Positions 18,906 through 28,199 of a stretch of DNA of 64,000 nt are shown one piece after another (position 1 is the stretch's first letter; the number at the start of each line of letters is the position of its first letter). The notes under the pieces are model-generated. The model was given only the letters and a program-made list of their open reading frames with translations. It was not told the DNA's origin and searched no databases. The position numbers and the translations under genes are program-made. The stretch is from an uncultured Gammaproteobacteria bacterium (GTDB lineage Bacteria > Patescibacteriota > Microgenomatia > UBA10105 > UBA927): assembly GCA_964621305.1 (NCBI GenBank), contig CAZUOM010000004.1, positions 14,209 to 78,208 on the forward strand, given 5' to 3'.

Positions 18906-19201
18906 AGGTATTAGGCTTTGGCGATCTACCGGAAGGATCCATGAAGCAAGTAGTCGTTGGTAGCAAACGTATTGCACTTGCAAACGTAGACGGTCAAGTT
19001 TTTGCCGTTGACGACACGTGCAACCACGAGGAATGCTCTCTTGCTAACGAAGGGTTTCTTGATGGTGCGGTCATCACCTGCGGCTGTCACGGAGCTCAGT
19101 TTGACGCTACTAGCGGTAAAATGTTGGCCCTCCCAGCAACAGGAGATCTTGTTTCATACGAAACGAAAGTAGAAAACGGAGGGATATATGTCAAAATATA
19201 G
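18890..19201 (+). CDS. Rieske [2Fe-2S] domain protein
   Basis: Box I CNHEEC and box II CGCHGA. Confidence 0.75.
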   Translation: MADFVKVLGFGDLPEGSMKQVVVGSKRIALANVDGQVFAVDDTCNHEECSLANEGFLDGAVITCGCHGAQFDATSGKMLALPATGDLVSYETKVENGGIYVKI

Positions 19202-20399
19202 AAAAGACTTTCCGCTATTGACGAGGAAAATAAACAGCAAACCCATCGTTTATCTTGACTCGACGGCAACCTCACTGAAGCCACAGCCGGTTATCGATGT
19301 AGTAGTTAATTATTATCGCTGGTACTCGGCCAACGTCCACCGCGGCATTTACACGATTTCGGAGGAAGCGACAGAGAAATGTGAAAGCGCGAGAAAGAAA
19401 GTAGCAGATTTTATCCACGCCCCGTCGGTTGACGAAACCATTTTTACTGGCGGGACCACAGAGTCAGTTAATTTGGTCGCTTCAGGTATCGGAAAAACGC
19501 TCTCCTCCGGCGATAACGTAGTAACAACGATCATGGAGCATCACTCCAACTTTGTTCCGTGGCAGCAGGTGGCAAAAGAAAGGAGTTTAGAGTTTAGAGT
19601 TTGGAGCGTAGAGAAAGACGGAACACTAAATTTGGAAGAATTGGAGAAATTAATTACTCGAAGAACAAAAGTACTCGCAATTGCTGCTGTATCCAACGTG
19701 CTCGGGACAATTAATCCTATTAAAACAATTGTTGGAAAAGTAAAGCGTCTTAGTCCCAAGTGCATTGTTGTCGTTGATGCAGCTCAAGCAGTCCCGCACA
19801 TGCCAGTAGATGTTGCCAATTGGGGAGCCGACTTTGTGGCGTTTTCCGGTCACAAAATGCTCGGCCCTACAGGCATCGGTGTTCTGTGGGGAAAGATGGA
19901 ACGACTTGGGGAGCTTGCTCCATACCACTATGGCGGCGAGATGATTTCAGAAGTTCACGTTGATCATACGCATTTTAAAAACCCCCCGCAAAAATTTGAG
20001 GCAGGAACGCCGCATATCGCAGGAGCTATCGGATTAGGAGCAGCGATTGATTATTTAACGAAAGTTGGGGTGGAAAACATAAGAAATCACGAAAAAGAAA
20101 TTACACATTATGCCTTACGGATTTTACGCGATGTCAATATTATTGGACCAAAAAACGCCGAAGATCGAGGCGGAGTTATCACATTCACAATGAAAGGAGC
20201 TCATCCCCATGATATCGCGCAAGTATTAGACGAGGACAACATCTGTATCCGCGCCGGTCACCACTGCGCCATGCCGCTCCATGAGTATCTTGGACTTTCT
20301 GCCACAGCGCGGGCTTCCTTTTATATGTATACAACCAAAGAAGACGTTGATGCGCTGGTTGAGGGTATAGAAAAAACAAAGCGATTATTATCAAAATAA
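19188..20399 (+). CDS. sufS: cysteine desulfurase SufS (class V aminotransferase)
   Basis: PLP lysine context SGHKMLGPTGIGVL. Catalytic-cysteine region RAGHHCAMP. Confidence 0.85.
   Translation: MSKYRKDFPLLTRKINSKPIVYLDSTATSLKPQPVIDVVVNYYRWYSANVHRGIYTISEEATEKCESARKKVADFIHAPSVDETIFTGGTTESVNLVASGIGKTLSSGDNVVTTIMEHHSNFVPWQQVAKERSLEFRVWSVEKDGTLNLEELEKLITRRTKVLAIAAVSNVLGTINPIKTIVGKVKRLSPKCIVVVDAAQAVPHMPVDVANWGADFVAFSGHKMLGPTGIGVLWGKMERLGELAPYHYGGEMISEVHVDHTHFKNPPQKFEAGTPHIAGAIGLGAAIDYLTKVGVENIRNHEKEITHYALRILRDVNIIGPKNAEDRGGVITFTMKGAHPHDIAQVLDEDNICIRAGHHCAMPLHEYLGLSATARASFYMYTTKEDVDALVEGIEKTKRLLSK
19583..19610 (+). repeat. tandem heptanucleotide repeat (GAGTTTA)x3 plus a degenerate unit, in frame inside sufS
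   Basis: gagttta gagttta gagtttg gagcgta, encoding SLEFRVWSV. Confidence 0.8.
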
Positions 20400-20401
20400 T
20401 T

Positions 20402-20761
20402 ATGGATCTCTATCGTGATCTTATCCTTGATCACTACCACAATCCCCGAAACTTTGGCCACTTGGGAAAACCAGACGTCGTTGTAGAAGAATACAATGCG
20501 TCCTGTGGTGATAAAATTGTCATGGAGATTACTTTCGATACTCGAGTCAAGGATATTCGCTTCAGCGGAGAAGGCTGTGCGATCAGTCAAGCCAGTGCAT
20601 CAATGCTCACCGAAAGAGCAAAGACGTTAGACAAAAAAAAGATTCTCAGCATGAGCCTTGATGATATTACAAACATGCTTGGAACTACCCTTACTCCTTC
20701 GCGTACGAAATGCGCACTACTACCTCTTGAAGTGTTGCAGAAAGCAATTGCGAAGATATAA
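20402..20761 (+). CDS. sufU: SufU/IscU-like Fe-S assembly scaffold or sulfurtransferase
   Basis: Three conserved Cys contexts (ASCGD, GEGCAIS, TKCALLP). Confidence 0.8.
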   Translation: MDLYRDLILDHYHNPRNFGHLGKPDVVVEEYNASCGDKIVMEITFDTRVKDIRFSGEGCAISQASASMLTERAKTLDKKKILSMSLDDITNMLGTTLTPSRTKCALLPLEVLQKAIAKI

Positions 20762-20773
20762 AATCGATAGCAC

Positions 20774-21028
20774 ATGGATGTTAATGATCCGAAAGTTGTA
20801 AGAAAAATTCGCCGATTCACTATGCGCATCGATCGTGGTTTGTGTATCGGTGCGGCAACCTGTGTTGCAATTGCGCCCAAAGGTTGGGCGCTGGATGAGG
20901 AGGCAAAAGCATACATTTTGGAGACGGCTGAGGAAGAAACCGACGAAACGCTTCTTGAGGCAGCCAAAAGTTGTCCAGTGATGGCCATCATTATCACCGA
21001 CGAAACCGGGAAGCAAGTATACCCGTAA
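20774..21028 (+). CDS. small ferredoxin (single 4Fe-4S-type cluster)
   Basis: CIGAATCVAIAP...SCPVMAI cysteine pattern. Confidence 0.55.
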   Translation: MDVNDPKVVRKIRRFTMRIDRGLCIGAATCVAIAPKGWALDEEAKAYILETAEEETDETLLEAAKSCPVMAIIITDETGKQVYP

Positions 21029-21245
21029 AATCTATTTTTAAGCCTTCCCTGGTTGAGATTAGCATCTCGAGCTTTTTGTAGCTAATCGTCTCCGCCGCAT
21101 CGGAGTCGGGATCTACGGCGATGATTGCTTCTTTATTTGGATATTTTTGTGCATTATCTGAAAGAATCTTGTCTAAAGACATTTCGTAATAATAATCAAT
21201 CTCGCTAGAAAAAACCACACGACTGTGATAGGCTAAGAGGATTAT

Positions 21246-22967
21246 ATGGAAAGCGTCACCTGGAAAATCGGTGGAGAGGCAGGGTTTGGCATTATGGCCT
21301 CGGGGACCATGCTCGCTCGAGCCATGAGTCGAGGGGGCTACCATGTGTTTGCCACGAACGAGTACCCCTCGCTCATCCGCGGTGGACACAATGTGGTAAC
21401 GATGCGGATTGCTACTTCTGCGTTTCACGCTCTCAACCTAGGCGTCCATATTTTGGTCGCGCTCAACAAAGAGACCGTAGAGTTTCACAAAGACGAGTTA
21501 TCCACCGGCGCTATAGTCGTCTTTGATCCACAAGACCACGCCTGGCAGGCAACCGATTTTCCCAAAAAGGCTGAACTGGTAGCCATTCCGCTTCGACAGA
21601 TGGTCGCCTCAAAGGCTGTCGATCCTGTGATGCGCAACACCATTACCTTGGGAGCTACCATAGCTTTATTGGGTAAGCCGTTTGAAGCGCTTTCGACAGT
21701 CATTAGCGACCAGTTTAAGCGAAAAGGGCAGGAAGTCGTTGACGCAAACGTTTCCATTGCCAAACTTGGCTATGATCACATCAAAGAAAAATTTCCCAAC
21801 TTGACCGGTGTGGCTCTTTCGGAAGGCAACGAGAACGGGCGCAAGCTTCTAGTCAATGGTAGTGAGGCGATTGGTATTGGTGCGGTGCGGGCGGGGCTAA
21901 AATTTGCAGCCATTTACCCCATGACGCCGATTAATTCCCTAATTACGTATCTAGCCGATCACACCAAACAATTTGGACTAGTGTATAAACAGCCGGAAGA
22001 TGAAATCGCTGGCATCAATATGGCAATCGGCGCCTCTGTTGCCGGGGTTCGGAGTATGGTGGCAACCAGTGGTGGCGGTTTTGCGTTGATGGTAGAAGGG
22101 TTATCGCTTGCGGGCATGATCGAAGTGCCATTGGTTATCGACATGGGGATGAGGGTAGGGCCTGCCACCGGCATGCCAACTTATACAGAGCAAGGAGAGC
22201 TACAGTTTCTTATTCACGCCGGACACGGAGAGTTCCCTCGGATAATTTTAGCTCCGGGTGACGCTGCGGAAGCGTATGCATTGACTATTGAGGCATTTAA
22301 TCTCGCTGACCAATTTCAAGTGCCGGTTTTTGTTCTGACCGATAAATACCTTAATGAAAGCCAGTGGTGTGTGCCGGCAAGCGAGTTTCAAAAAGAAGTG
22401 GTTATTGATCGAGGTAAACTTGTAATTACTTCAGATGAAGGTTTTAAAAGATATGATTTGACTGCGTCTGACGGCATTTCACCGCGAAGTGTACCGGGTA
22501 TGAAAAATGGTCTCTACTGGGCTAACTCGTATGAACACGATGAGGTTGGTCACGTGACGGAAAAGGCAGCCGGGCGGGCAGCTATGGTAGACAAGCGCCT
22601 GAAAAAACAGGCAGCAATAGAAAAAATCGCAAAACCTCCGACCGTCTACGGTAACCTAGATGCGCCGATTTCATTTGTCACATGGGGATCAACAAAAGGG
22701 CCGGTATTAGAGGCAATTCAAAATTCAAAATTCAAAATTCAAAATGAAACTGTAAATATCATTCATTTTTCTTGGGTGTATCCTTTCCCTTCGGCAGTGG
22801 CCGCGTTACTGGCTGGAAAAAAACGCATTATTGACGTAGAGCAGAATGCAACAGGGCAACTGGCGGCCCTTATCAGGGAGCACACAGGGATTGAGATAAC
22901 AGAGAAATTGCTAAAATACGATGGCAGACCATTTTTTCCAGAAGAAATACTTGAAAGAGTAGCTTAG
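21246..22967 (+). CDS. 2-oxoacid:ferredoxin oxidoreductase alpha subunit (fused gamma-alpha)
   Basis: N-terminal POR/KOR gamma-like domain, then an alpha domain with a GG..L..EG-type TPP region. Confidence 0.8.
   Translation: MESVTWKIGGEAGFGIMASGTMLARAMSRGGYHVFATNEYPSLIRGGHNVVTMRIATSAFHALNLGVHILVALNKETVEFHKDELSTGAIVVFDPQDHAWQATDFPKKAELVAIPLRQMVASKAVDPVMRNTITLGATIALLGKPFEALSTVISDQFKRKGQEVVDANVSIAKLGYDHIKEKFPNLTGVALSEGNENGRKLLVNGSEAIGIGAVRAGLKFAAIYPMTPINSLITYLADHTKQFGLVYKQPEDEIAGINMAIGASVAGVRSMVATSGGGFALMVEGLSLAGMIEVPLVIDMGMRVGPATGMPTYTEQGELQFLIHAGHGEFPRIILAPGDAAEAYALTIEAFNLADQFQVPVFVLTDKYLNESQWCVPASEFQKEVVIDRGKLVITSDEGFKRYDLTASDGISPRSVPGMKNGLYWANSYEHDEVGHVTEKAAGRAAMVDKRLKKQAAIEKIAKPPTVYGNLDAPISFVTWGSTKGPVLEAIQNSKFKIQNETVNIIHFSWVYPFPSAVAALLAGKKRIIDVEQNATGQLAALIREHTGIEITEKLLKYDGRPFFPEEILERVA
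22714..22746 (+). repeat. tandem heptanucleotide repeat (AAATTCA)x4.5 in frame inside the oxidoreductase alpha gene
   Basis: caattca aaattca aaattca aaattca aaatg, encoding IQNSKFKIQN. Same 7-mer as in gltX. Confidence 0.85.
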
Positions 22968-23035
22968 TAGCTTATTTTTTTCTAGCTTAGTTTTGCTAAG
23001 TTGCTTGACTTGCTAAGCTGCTAAACTTTCTATTT

Positions 23036-23899
23036 ATGGCATCAATAACTGCAGATCAGCTTAAAACTGGTTTTCTTCCTACCTGGTGTCCTGGGTGTGG
23101 AGACTTTGGCATTTGGATGTCGCTGCGGCAGGCGCTCTCTAACCTCGGTATAGGCCCGGACGACGGGCTGATCGTTTACGGCATTGGTTGCCACGGCAAC
23201 ATGTATGACTGGATGAATATGTATGCAGTTGAGGGGCTTCACGGCCGGGCGTTGCCAGTGGCACAGGGAGCAAAATTGGCTAATCACAAGCTTCCGGTGA
23301 TTGTCGTCTCCGGCGATGGAGACTGTTTGGGAGAAGGGGGCAATCACTTCATCCACGCCGCTAAAAGGAATCCCGATCTGACGGTCATCATTCACGACAA
23401 CCAAGTGTATGGACTTACGACCGGGCAGGCATCACCAACGGCCGATCAGGGCTTCAAAACCAAATCCACACCGGAAGGCGTAGTAGACCAGCCAGTCAAC
23501 CCGCTTACCCTTGCGCTGGTTTCCGGTGCCACCTACGTGGCGCGTGGATTTGCCGGTGACACGCCGGGACTTACTCAAATCATAGCCGAAGCCATCAGTC
23601 ATAAGGGGTTTTCTGTGGTCGATGCCCTCCAGCCTTGTGTCACATTTGATAAAGTTCATACATATCAGTGGTATAGGTCTCGGCTCTATCGGCTGGCGGA
23701 CGAAGGATTTGAACCAAACGACAAATTTAAAGCACTGGGCAAAGCCATGGAATGGGGAGATCGCATCCCAGTTGGCCTATTATATAAAGAAGAACGCCCA
23801 ACCAGCGAGGACAGAGAATCAGCCTTAGCAGGCGGCCCGCTCAACTCGCTGCCGTTGAATATTGAAAACCTACAGGAGCTTATTGACGAGTTTATTTAG
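23036..23899 (+). CDS. 2-oxoacid:ferredoxin oxidoreductase beta subunit (TPP-binding)
   Basis: GCHGN and GDGD TPP-binding motifs. Conserved WCPGCG N-terminus. Confidence 0.8.
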   Translation: MASITADQLKTGFLPTWCPGCGDFGIWMSLRQALSNLGIGPDDGLIVYGIGCHGNMYDWMNMYAVEGLHGRALPVAQGAKLANHKLPVIVVSGDGDCLGEGGNHFIHAAKRNPDLTVIIHDNQVYGLTTGQASPTADQGFKTKSTPEGVVDQPVNPLTLALVSGATYVARGFAGDTPGLTQIIAEAISHKGFSVVDALQPCVTFDKVHTYQWYRSRLYRLADEGFEPNDKFKALGKAMEWGDRIPVGLLYKEERPTSEDRESALAGGPLNSLPLNIENLQELIDEFI

Positions 23900-23955
23900 T
23901 TGCATTATTGACAGGACTTTTAGCACTTGTTATACTTGAGTGCCAGAGAAACGAA

Positions 23956-26424
23956 ATGAATACACTTAATAAATCGACAGAACACGTTTTGCCAGTCGTA
24001 CCGATTAGAGATGGCATTGTTTTTCCCGGAATGGAAATGATTCTTACGTTCGGCCGTGCACGATCTGTGTCAGCAATAGATGCAGCTCAAGCAGGCCCGC
24101 GGCGCGTTATTTTATCTATGCAAAGAAATCCAGCAATCAACGACCCGACGCCCTCAGATCTTTATACGATGGGCACTGTAGGCGAGATTGTTCAGATGAT
24201 GCGCAATGAAGGAGAAATCAATGCGCTCGTTCGGGGTATTTCCAAGGTAGAAATTCTCTCCTATGAAACCGTGGAGCCGTTTTTTGTCGCGCGAGCTATT
24301 GAGCGAATCGATTCTGTTGAAGATAGCGACGAAACGAACGCTCTTATGCGTCATTTGACCGGAGAATTACGTCGTGCCGTCAACATGGGCAAATCAATGG
24401 ACTTTTTAACGTTTATGAACGTTATGTCAGGGCTTTCTCCACTCGCTCTTTCGTATCAGATAGCCGGAGTTTTAGATATCAAGCCAAGTGAACGCCAGGA
24501 ACTGCTTGAAATATCTTCCGTACGCGAGCGGTTAGAACGGGAAAGCGGCTATTTTGCCAAAGAAGTTAAAATTCTTGAACTTGAGAAAAAAATAGCCAGT
24601 AAGACGCAAGAAAAATTTGATAAAAACGTTCGTGAGCAAGTGCTTCGTGAGCGCATGAAGACGATCGAAAAAGAGCTTGGCGAGGAAGGAGAAAATAAGG
24701 AAACAAAGGAGTTATCCGATAAAATAAAAAAGGCAGGTATGCCCACAGAGGTGTTGGAAAAAGCACAAAAAGAACTTATCCGGTTGGGACAAATGTCACC
24801 CTATAATCCCGAAGCATCGTATCTTCGAACATATCTCGATTGGCTTATCGAGATGCCATGGAATGTTTCAAGTTCAAACAATGTGGACATTAAAGCCGCT
24901 GCAGTGGTATTAGATCAAGATCATTATGGCTTGATCAAAATCAAAGAACGCATATTAGAATATCTTGCCGTTATGAAACTCCGTTCCGGCCTTACAGAAA
25001 CAGAAGCTATATCTCAATCGCAGACTGTTCAAAGCAAAGGTGCAACTGAGAAAAAGAAAAGTAAGTCAGCACCTACGATCCTTTGTTTTGTAGGTCCTCC
25101 AGGAGTGGGAAAGACATCCATTGGAAAATCGATTGCACGGTCGTTGGGTCGTAAATTCGTCAAAATGTCTCTTGGCGGCATACGGGACGAAGCGGAAATC
25201 CGCGGCCATAGGAGGACCTACGTCGGGGCACTTCCTGGGCGGATTATTCAAGGCATAAAGCAAGCAGGGACCAAAAATCCGGTTTTTATGCTCGACGAAA
25301 TCGATAAAGTCGGTACTGATTTTCGAGGTGATCCTTCTTCGGCGCTTCTAGAGGCTCTTGACCCAGAGCAGAACTTTGCATTTTCGGATCATTACTTGGA
25401 TGTAGCCTTTGATCTTTCAGATGTTTTTTTTCTGACGACGTGTAATGTTTTAGACACTATTCCGCCTGCATTGCGTGATCGTTTGGAAGTTATTCATTTT
25501 CCGGGGTATACACAAGAAGAAAAATTTCATATTGGGCAGGACTATTTAGTAGAAAAACAGCGGGAAGCTCATGGTATTCCTATCGGTCTGGTTAAAATTT
25601 CCCATAGCGCCATAAATGAAATCATTTACCGGTACACGCGGGAAGCCGGCGTTCGCAACCTGGAGCGTCAAATTGCTACGTTATTTCGGAAAATAGCCAA
25701 AAAAATTGCAGAATCCAACGGTAAAAAATTTTCCGGCCTGACCATTGGGCCGAGTGAACTTCATAAGTATCTCGGTCCATATAAATTCAGCTCATATTTA
25801 GCTGAGAAAAAGAATGAAGTTGGCATGTCGACTGGCTTGGCTTGGACAGAAGCAGGCGGAGACATTCTTTTTATTGAAGTAGCGCTCATGCCGGGCAGGG
25901 GAAGCCTGACGCTTACTGGACAGCTTGGAGATGTCATGAAGGAATCAGGTCAGGCAGCACTCTCATACGTGCGAAGCCGTTACAAAATGCTCGGGCTGCC
26001 GGAGAAGTTTTTCCAAAAACTTGACATACATGTGCATGTTCCGGAAGGGGCTGTGCCCAAGGATGGCCCGTCAGCCGGTGCAGCCATTGGTACGGCCATT
26101 GTCTCGGCGCTGACGAAAATTCCATCTCGCAGAACGGTTGCTATGACCGGCGAAATCACTCTGCGCGGTAGAGTTCTGGAAATTGGTGGGGTGAAGGAAA
26201 AAGTTATCGCAGCGCACCGAGCCGGGATCAAAACGGTGATTTTGCCGAAAAATAATAAAAAAGATCTTGAAGATATTCCCAAAAAAGTTTTAAGCGATCT
26301 CATTTTTCACTTCGTTGAACACATGGACGAAGTTCTGCGGTTTGCCTTAACGAAACCCGTGCATGAAGAAAAAGAGATCGTCGAACCAACTTTGGGGAGT
26401 CAAGCGGCACACCTTACGGCTTAA
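23956..26424 (+). CDS. lon: ATP-dependent protease Lon
   Basis: LON N-terminal domain ([15 protein letters not shown]), Walker [11 protein letters not shown]16 protease motif [10 protein letters not shown]. Confidence 0.9.
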   Translation: MNTLNKSTEHVLPVVPIRDGIVFPGMEMILTFGRARSVSAIDAAQAGPRRVILSMQRNPAINDPTPSDLYTMGTVGEIVQMMRNEGEINALVRGISKVEILSYETVEPFFVARAIERIDSVEDSDETNALMRHLTGELRRAVNMGKSMDFLTFMNVMSGLSPLALSYQIAGVLDIKPSERQELLEISSVRERLERESGYFAKEVKILELEKKIASKTQEKFDKNVREQVLRERMKTIEKELGEEGENKETKELSDKIKKAGMPTEVLEKAQKELIRLGQMSPYNPEASYLRTYLDWLIEMPWNVSSSNNVDIKAAAVVLDQDHYGLIKIKERILEYLAVMKLRSGLTETEAISQSQTVQSKGATEKKKSKSAPTILCFVGPPGVGKTSIGKSIARSLGRKFVKMSLGGIRDEAEIRGHRRTYVGALPGRIIQGIKQAGTKNPVFMLDEIDKVGTDFRGDPSSALLEALDPEQNFAFSDHYLDVAFDLSDVFFLTTCNVLDTIPPALRDRLEVIHFPGYTQEEKFHIGQDYLVEKQREAHGIPIGLVKISHSAINEIIYRYTREAGVRNLERQIATLFRKIAKKIAESNGKKFSGLTIGPSELHKYLGPYKFSSYLAEKKNEVGMSTGLAWTEAGGDILFIEVALMPGRGSLTLTGQLGDVMKESGQAALSYVRSRYKMLGLPEKFFQKLDIHVHVPEGAVPKDGPSAGAAIGTAIVSALTKIPSRRTVAMTGEITLRGRVLEIGGVKEKVIAAHRAGIKTVILPKNNKKDLEDIPKKVLSDLIFHFVEHMDEVLRFALTKPVHEEKEIVEPTLGSQAAHLTA

Positions 26425-27337
26425 GATAGTCAAAGACTAGCTTGGAAATTTTTGCCATCAATTGCTTCGTTTCTGCCTCATCGGTAATGTCGCTGGTAAA
26501 AATTCCCAGATAATAGCGCATTTTTCCGTCTTCTATGATTCCAACGTCATGAAGTTTTGCAGTCGCATCTCCTGTTTTGTGATAAACCGTGGCCGTTTTG
26601 GGTAGTAGTGGCGGGAGTCTATCTTCAAAATCACTGTCTTTTAGAAACGATTTAAGCTCCTCTGTGAGCGCTTGGTTGACAATTTTTCCATCTAGAAGAT
26701 TTGTGAGAAGAATTGCCACATCTCTGTTGCTAGTCTGGTTTGCTTCAACCATTTCTGTTTGTGTGAGCCCCCAGCCTGATAACATTTTTTGAACATGAGC
26801 TGTGGACACAAAGTAGACGGAAAGAATGTAGCCCGCGGTGTTATCGCTTTTTTGCATCATTAGCCGCGCTAAGGTTTTGATTGAGTAAGCGCTCCCGGGT
26901 TTTTCATAGCGGATTACACCTGTTCCGTAGTCTTGAATATCTTTCTCTTGGATCGTAATTTGCTTGTCTAAGTTAATACTTCCTTCCTGCGCTTTGCTGT
27001 AGAGGGCTACAAGAATCGGGATTTTATTGACAGAGGCTGCTTCGTACATTACGGTTTCATTGATGCCCATTTCGAAGGTACTCGTTAAGTCTTTTACTAG
27101 AACGGAATAATTTTTCCACGTGGCTCCGACGAGCGACTGGATCATGCCCCGCAGCTCCTGCGGGTTTTTCTTTTTGGCAAACAAGATGAGTTGGCGGTCG
27201 GGCTGTTTTGCCTTTTGTGAGGGGATCGGCGAGACGATCTTGGACCTGCTGGTTATTTTATGGCCGATGGCAAAGAATATCGCGATGGTCAATAAAGGGA
27301 GAAATAGTTTTCTTTTATGCCTCAAAAACATGTACAA
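26414..27337 (-). CDS. class A beta-lactamase-related serine hydrolase
   Basis: SVNK (SxxK), SDN and KTG motifs. N-terminal transmembrane or signal segment. Confidence 0.7.
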   Translation of the reverse strand: MYMFLRHKRKLFLPLLTIAIFFAIGHKITSRSKIVSPIPSQKAKQPDRQLILFAKKKNPQELRGMIQSLVGATWKNYSVLVKDLTSTFEMGINETVMYEAASVNKIPILVALYSKAQEGSINLDKQITIQEKDIQDYGTGVIRYEKPGSAYSIKTLARLMMQKSDNTAGYILSVYFVSTAHVQKMLSGWGLTQTEMVEANQTSNRDVAILLTNLLDGKIVNQALTEELKSFLKDSDFEDRLPPLLPKTATVYHKTGDATAKLHDVGIIEDGKMRYYLGIFTSDITDEAETKQLMAKISKLVFDYLKP

Positions 27338-27353
27338 ATTGTACCATCTTTTG

Positions 27354-27427
27354 TAGCGCGTGCGGGATTTGAACCCGCGATTTGTTGGTTGAGAACCAAC
27401 CGTCCTAGGCCACTAGACGAACGCGCC
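27354..27427 (-). tRNA. tRNA-Glu (anticodon CUC)
   Basis: Manual cloverleaf. D-arm UCGUCUAGUGGCCUAGGAC is close to canonical tRNA-Glu. Anticodon stem GUUGG/CCAAC with loop UUCUCAA. T-arm GCGGG-UUCAAAU-CCCGC. Confidence 0.8.
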
Positions 27428-27455
27428 CTGTGCCATGATTTTATCATGGTGGTAC

Positions 27456-27485
27456 TTGACAGGACAAGTGAGATTAGTTTACAAT
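27456..27485 (+). promoter_or_regulatory. near-consensus sigma70 promoter (TTGACA, 17-18 nt spacer, TACAAT)
   Basis: Seen directly. Drives the short transcript below. Confidence 0.5.
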
Positions 27486-27491
27486 ACAGTT

Positions 27492-27549
27492 GTCCTACGC
27501 GAACTTATTCTGAGCGCTCCCTCGGTAGCTTTGAGGGGCGATTTTTTTT
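27492..27549 (+). ncRNA. candidate small RNA of about 58 nt (promoter and terminator both present)
   Basis: Predicted transcription start site about 7 nt after the -10 box. Ends at an intrinsic terminator (stem CGCuCCCUC/GAGGGGCG plus U8). No ORF. Confidence 0.35.
27515..27549 (+). terminator. rho-independent terminator (GC stem plus T8)
   Basis: gcgctccctcggtagctttgaggggcg followed by attttttttg. Confidence 0.6.
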
Positions 27550-27673
27550 GATGTGTTAGTTAATGAGCAAATTCTTATTTGCGAATTTACTAACCATCAA
27601 TTCCGTAGTTGCGACACCGTGACGTGAAGCTATAAGCTTCGGGAAGGGCGAGCATATTACTGGGATTAAACGT

Positions 27674-28138
27674 ATGAACGACCTGCATAAAATGGTCATG
27701 ACCAAAGACGGCTTGGTACAGCTGCGGGCTGAACACGAAGAGCTGGTTAAAATTAAGAGGCCAGAAATTGTCAAGCGGCTTTCAGACGCACGTGACCTGG
27801 GAGATTTATCCGAGAACAGCGAATATGCAGCAGCCAAACAAGACTTGGCATTTATCGACGGCCGTATAGCCGAACTTGAGGAAATACTTCACAGCGCAAA
27901 AGTAGTTACTACACACGGCAAGACGAAGGTTGACGTCGGCTGCAAAGTGACACTCCACCTTAACGGAAAACGTGAGGTGTTTACTGTCGTTGGCGAGTGG
28001 GAAGCAGACCCTTCCCAAAAGAAAATTTCGCACGAGTCGCCGCTAGGCAAGGCCCTTATCGGCAAAAAACTTGGAGATTCAGTGGAGGTGGCGGCACCTG
28101 CGGGCAAGCTCACCTACAAAATAATAGAGATAGAATAA
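27674..28138 (+). CDS. greA: transcription elongation factor GreA
   Basis: N-terminal coiled-coil (LSENSEYAAAKQ) and C-terminal FKBP-like domain. Confidence 0.85.
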   Translation: MNDLHKMVMTKDGLVQLRAEHEELVKIKRPEIVKRLSDARDLGDLSENSEYAAAKQDLAFIDGRIAELEEILHSAKVVTTHGKTKVDVGCKVTLHLNGKREVFTVVGEWEADPSQKKISHESPLGKALIGKKLGDSVEVAAPAGKLTYKIIEIE

Positions 28139-28160
28139 AGCCAGACACAAGAAACAAATA

Positions 28161-28184
28161 AACCCGCCGCAAGGCGGGTTTTTA
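28161..28184 (+). terminator. rho-independent terminator after greA
   Basis: CCCGCC-gcaa-GGCGGG followed by TTTTT. Confidence 0.7.
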
Positions 28185-28199
28185 TGTTAGTATAAAGCT

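Noticed and set aside
20994-21428. 144-aa minus ORF spanning the ferredoxin-oxidoreductase intergenic region
   Set aside because: Its N-terminal two-thirds is antisense to the oxidoreductase alpha start. Only the last ~60 aa show any (weak) similarity, reported as a possible remnant.
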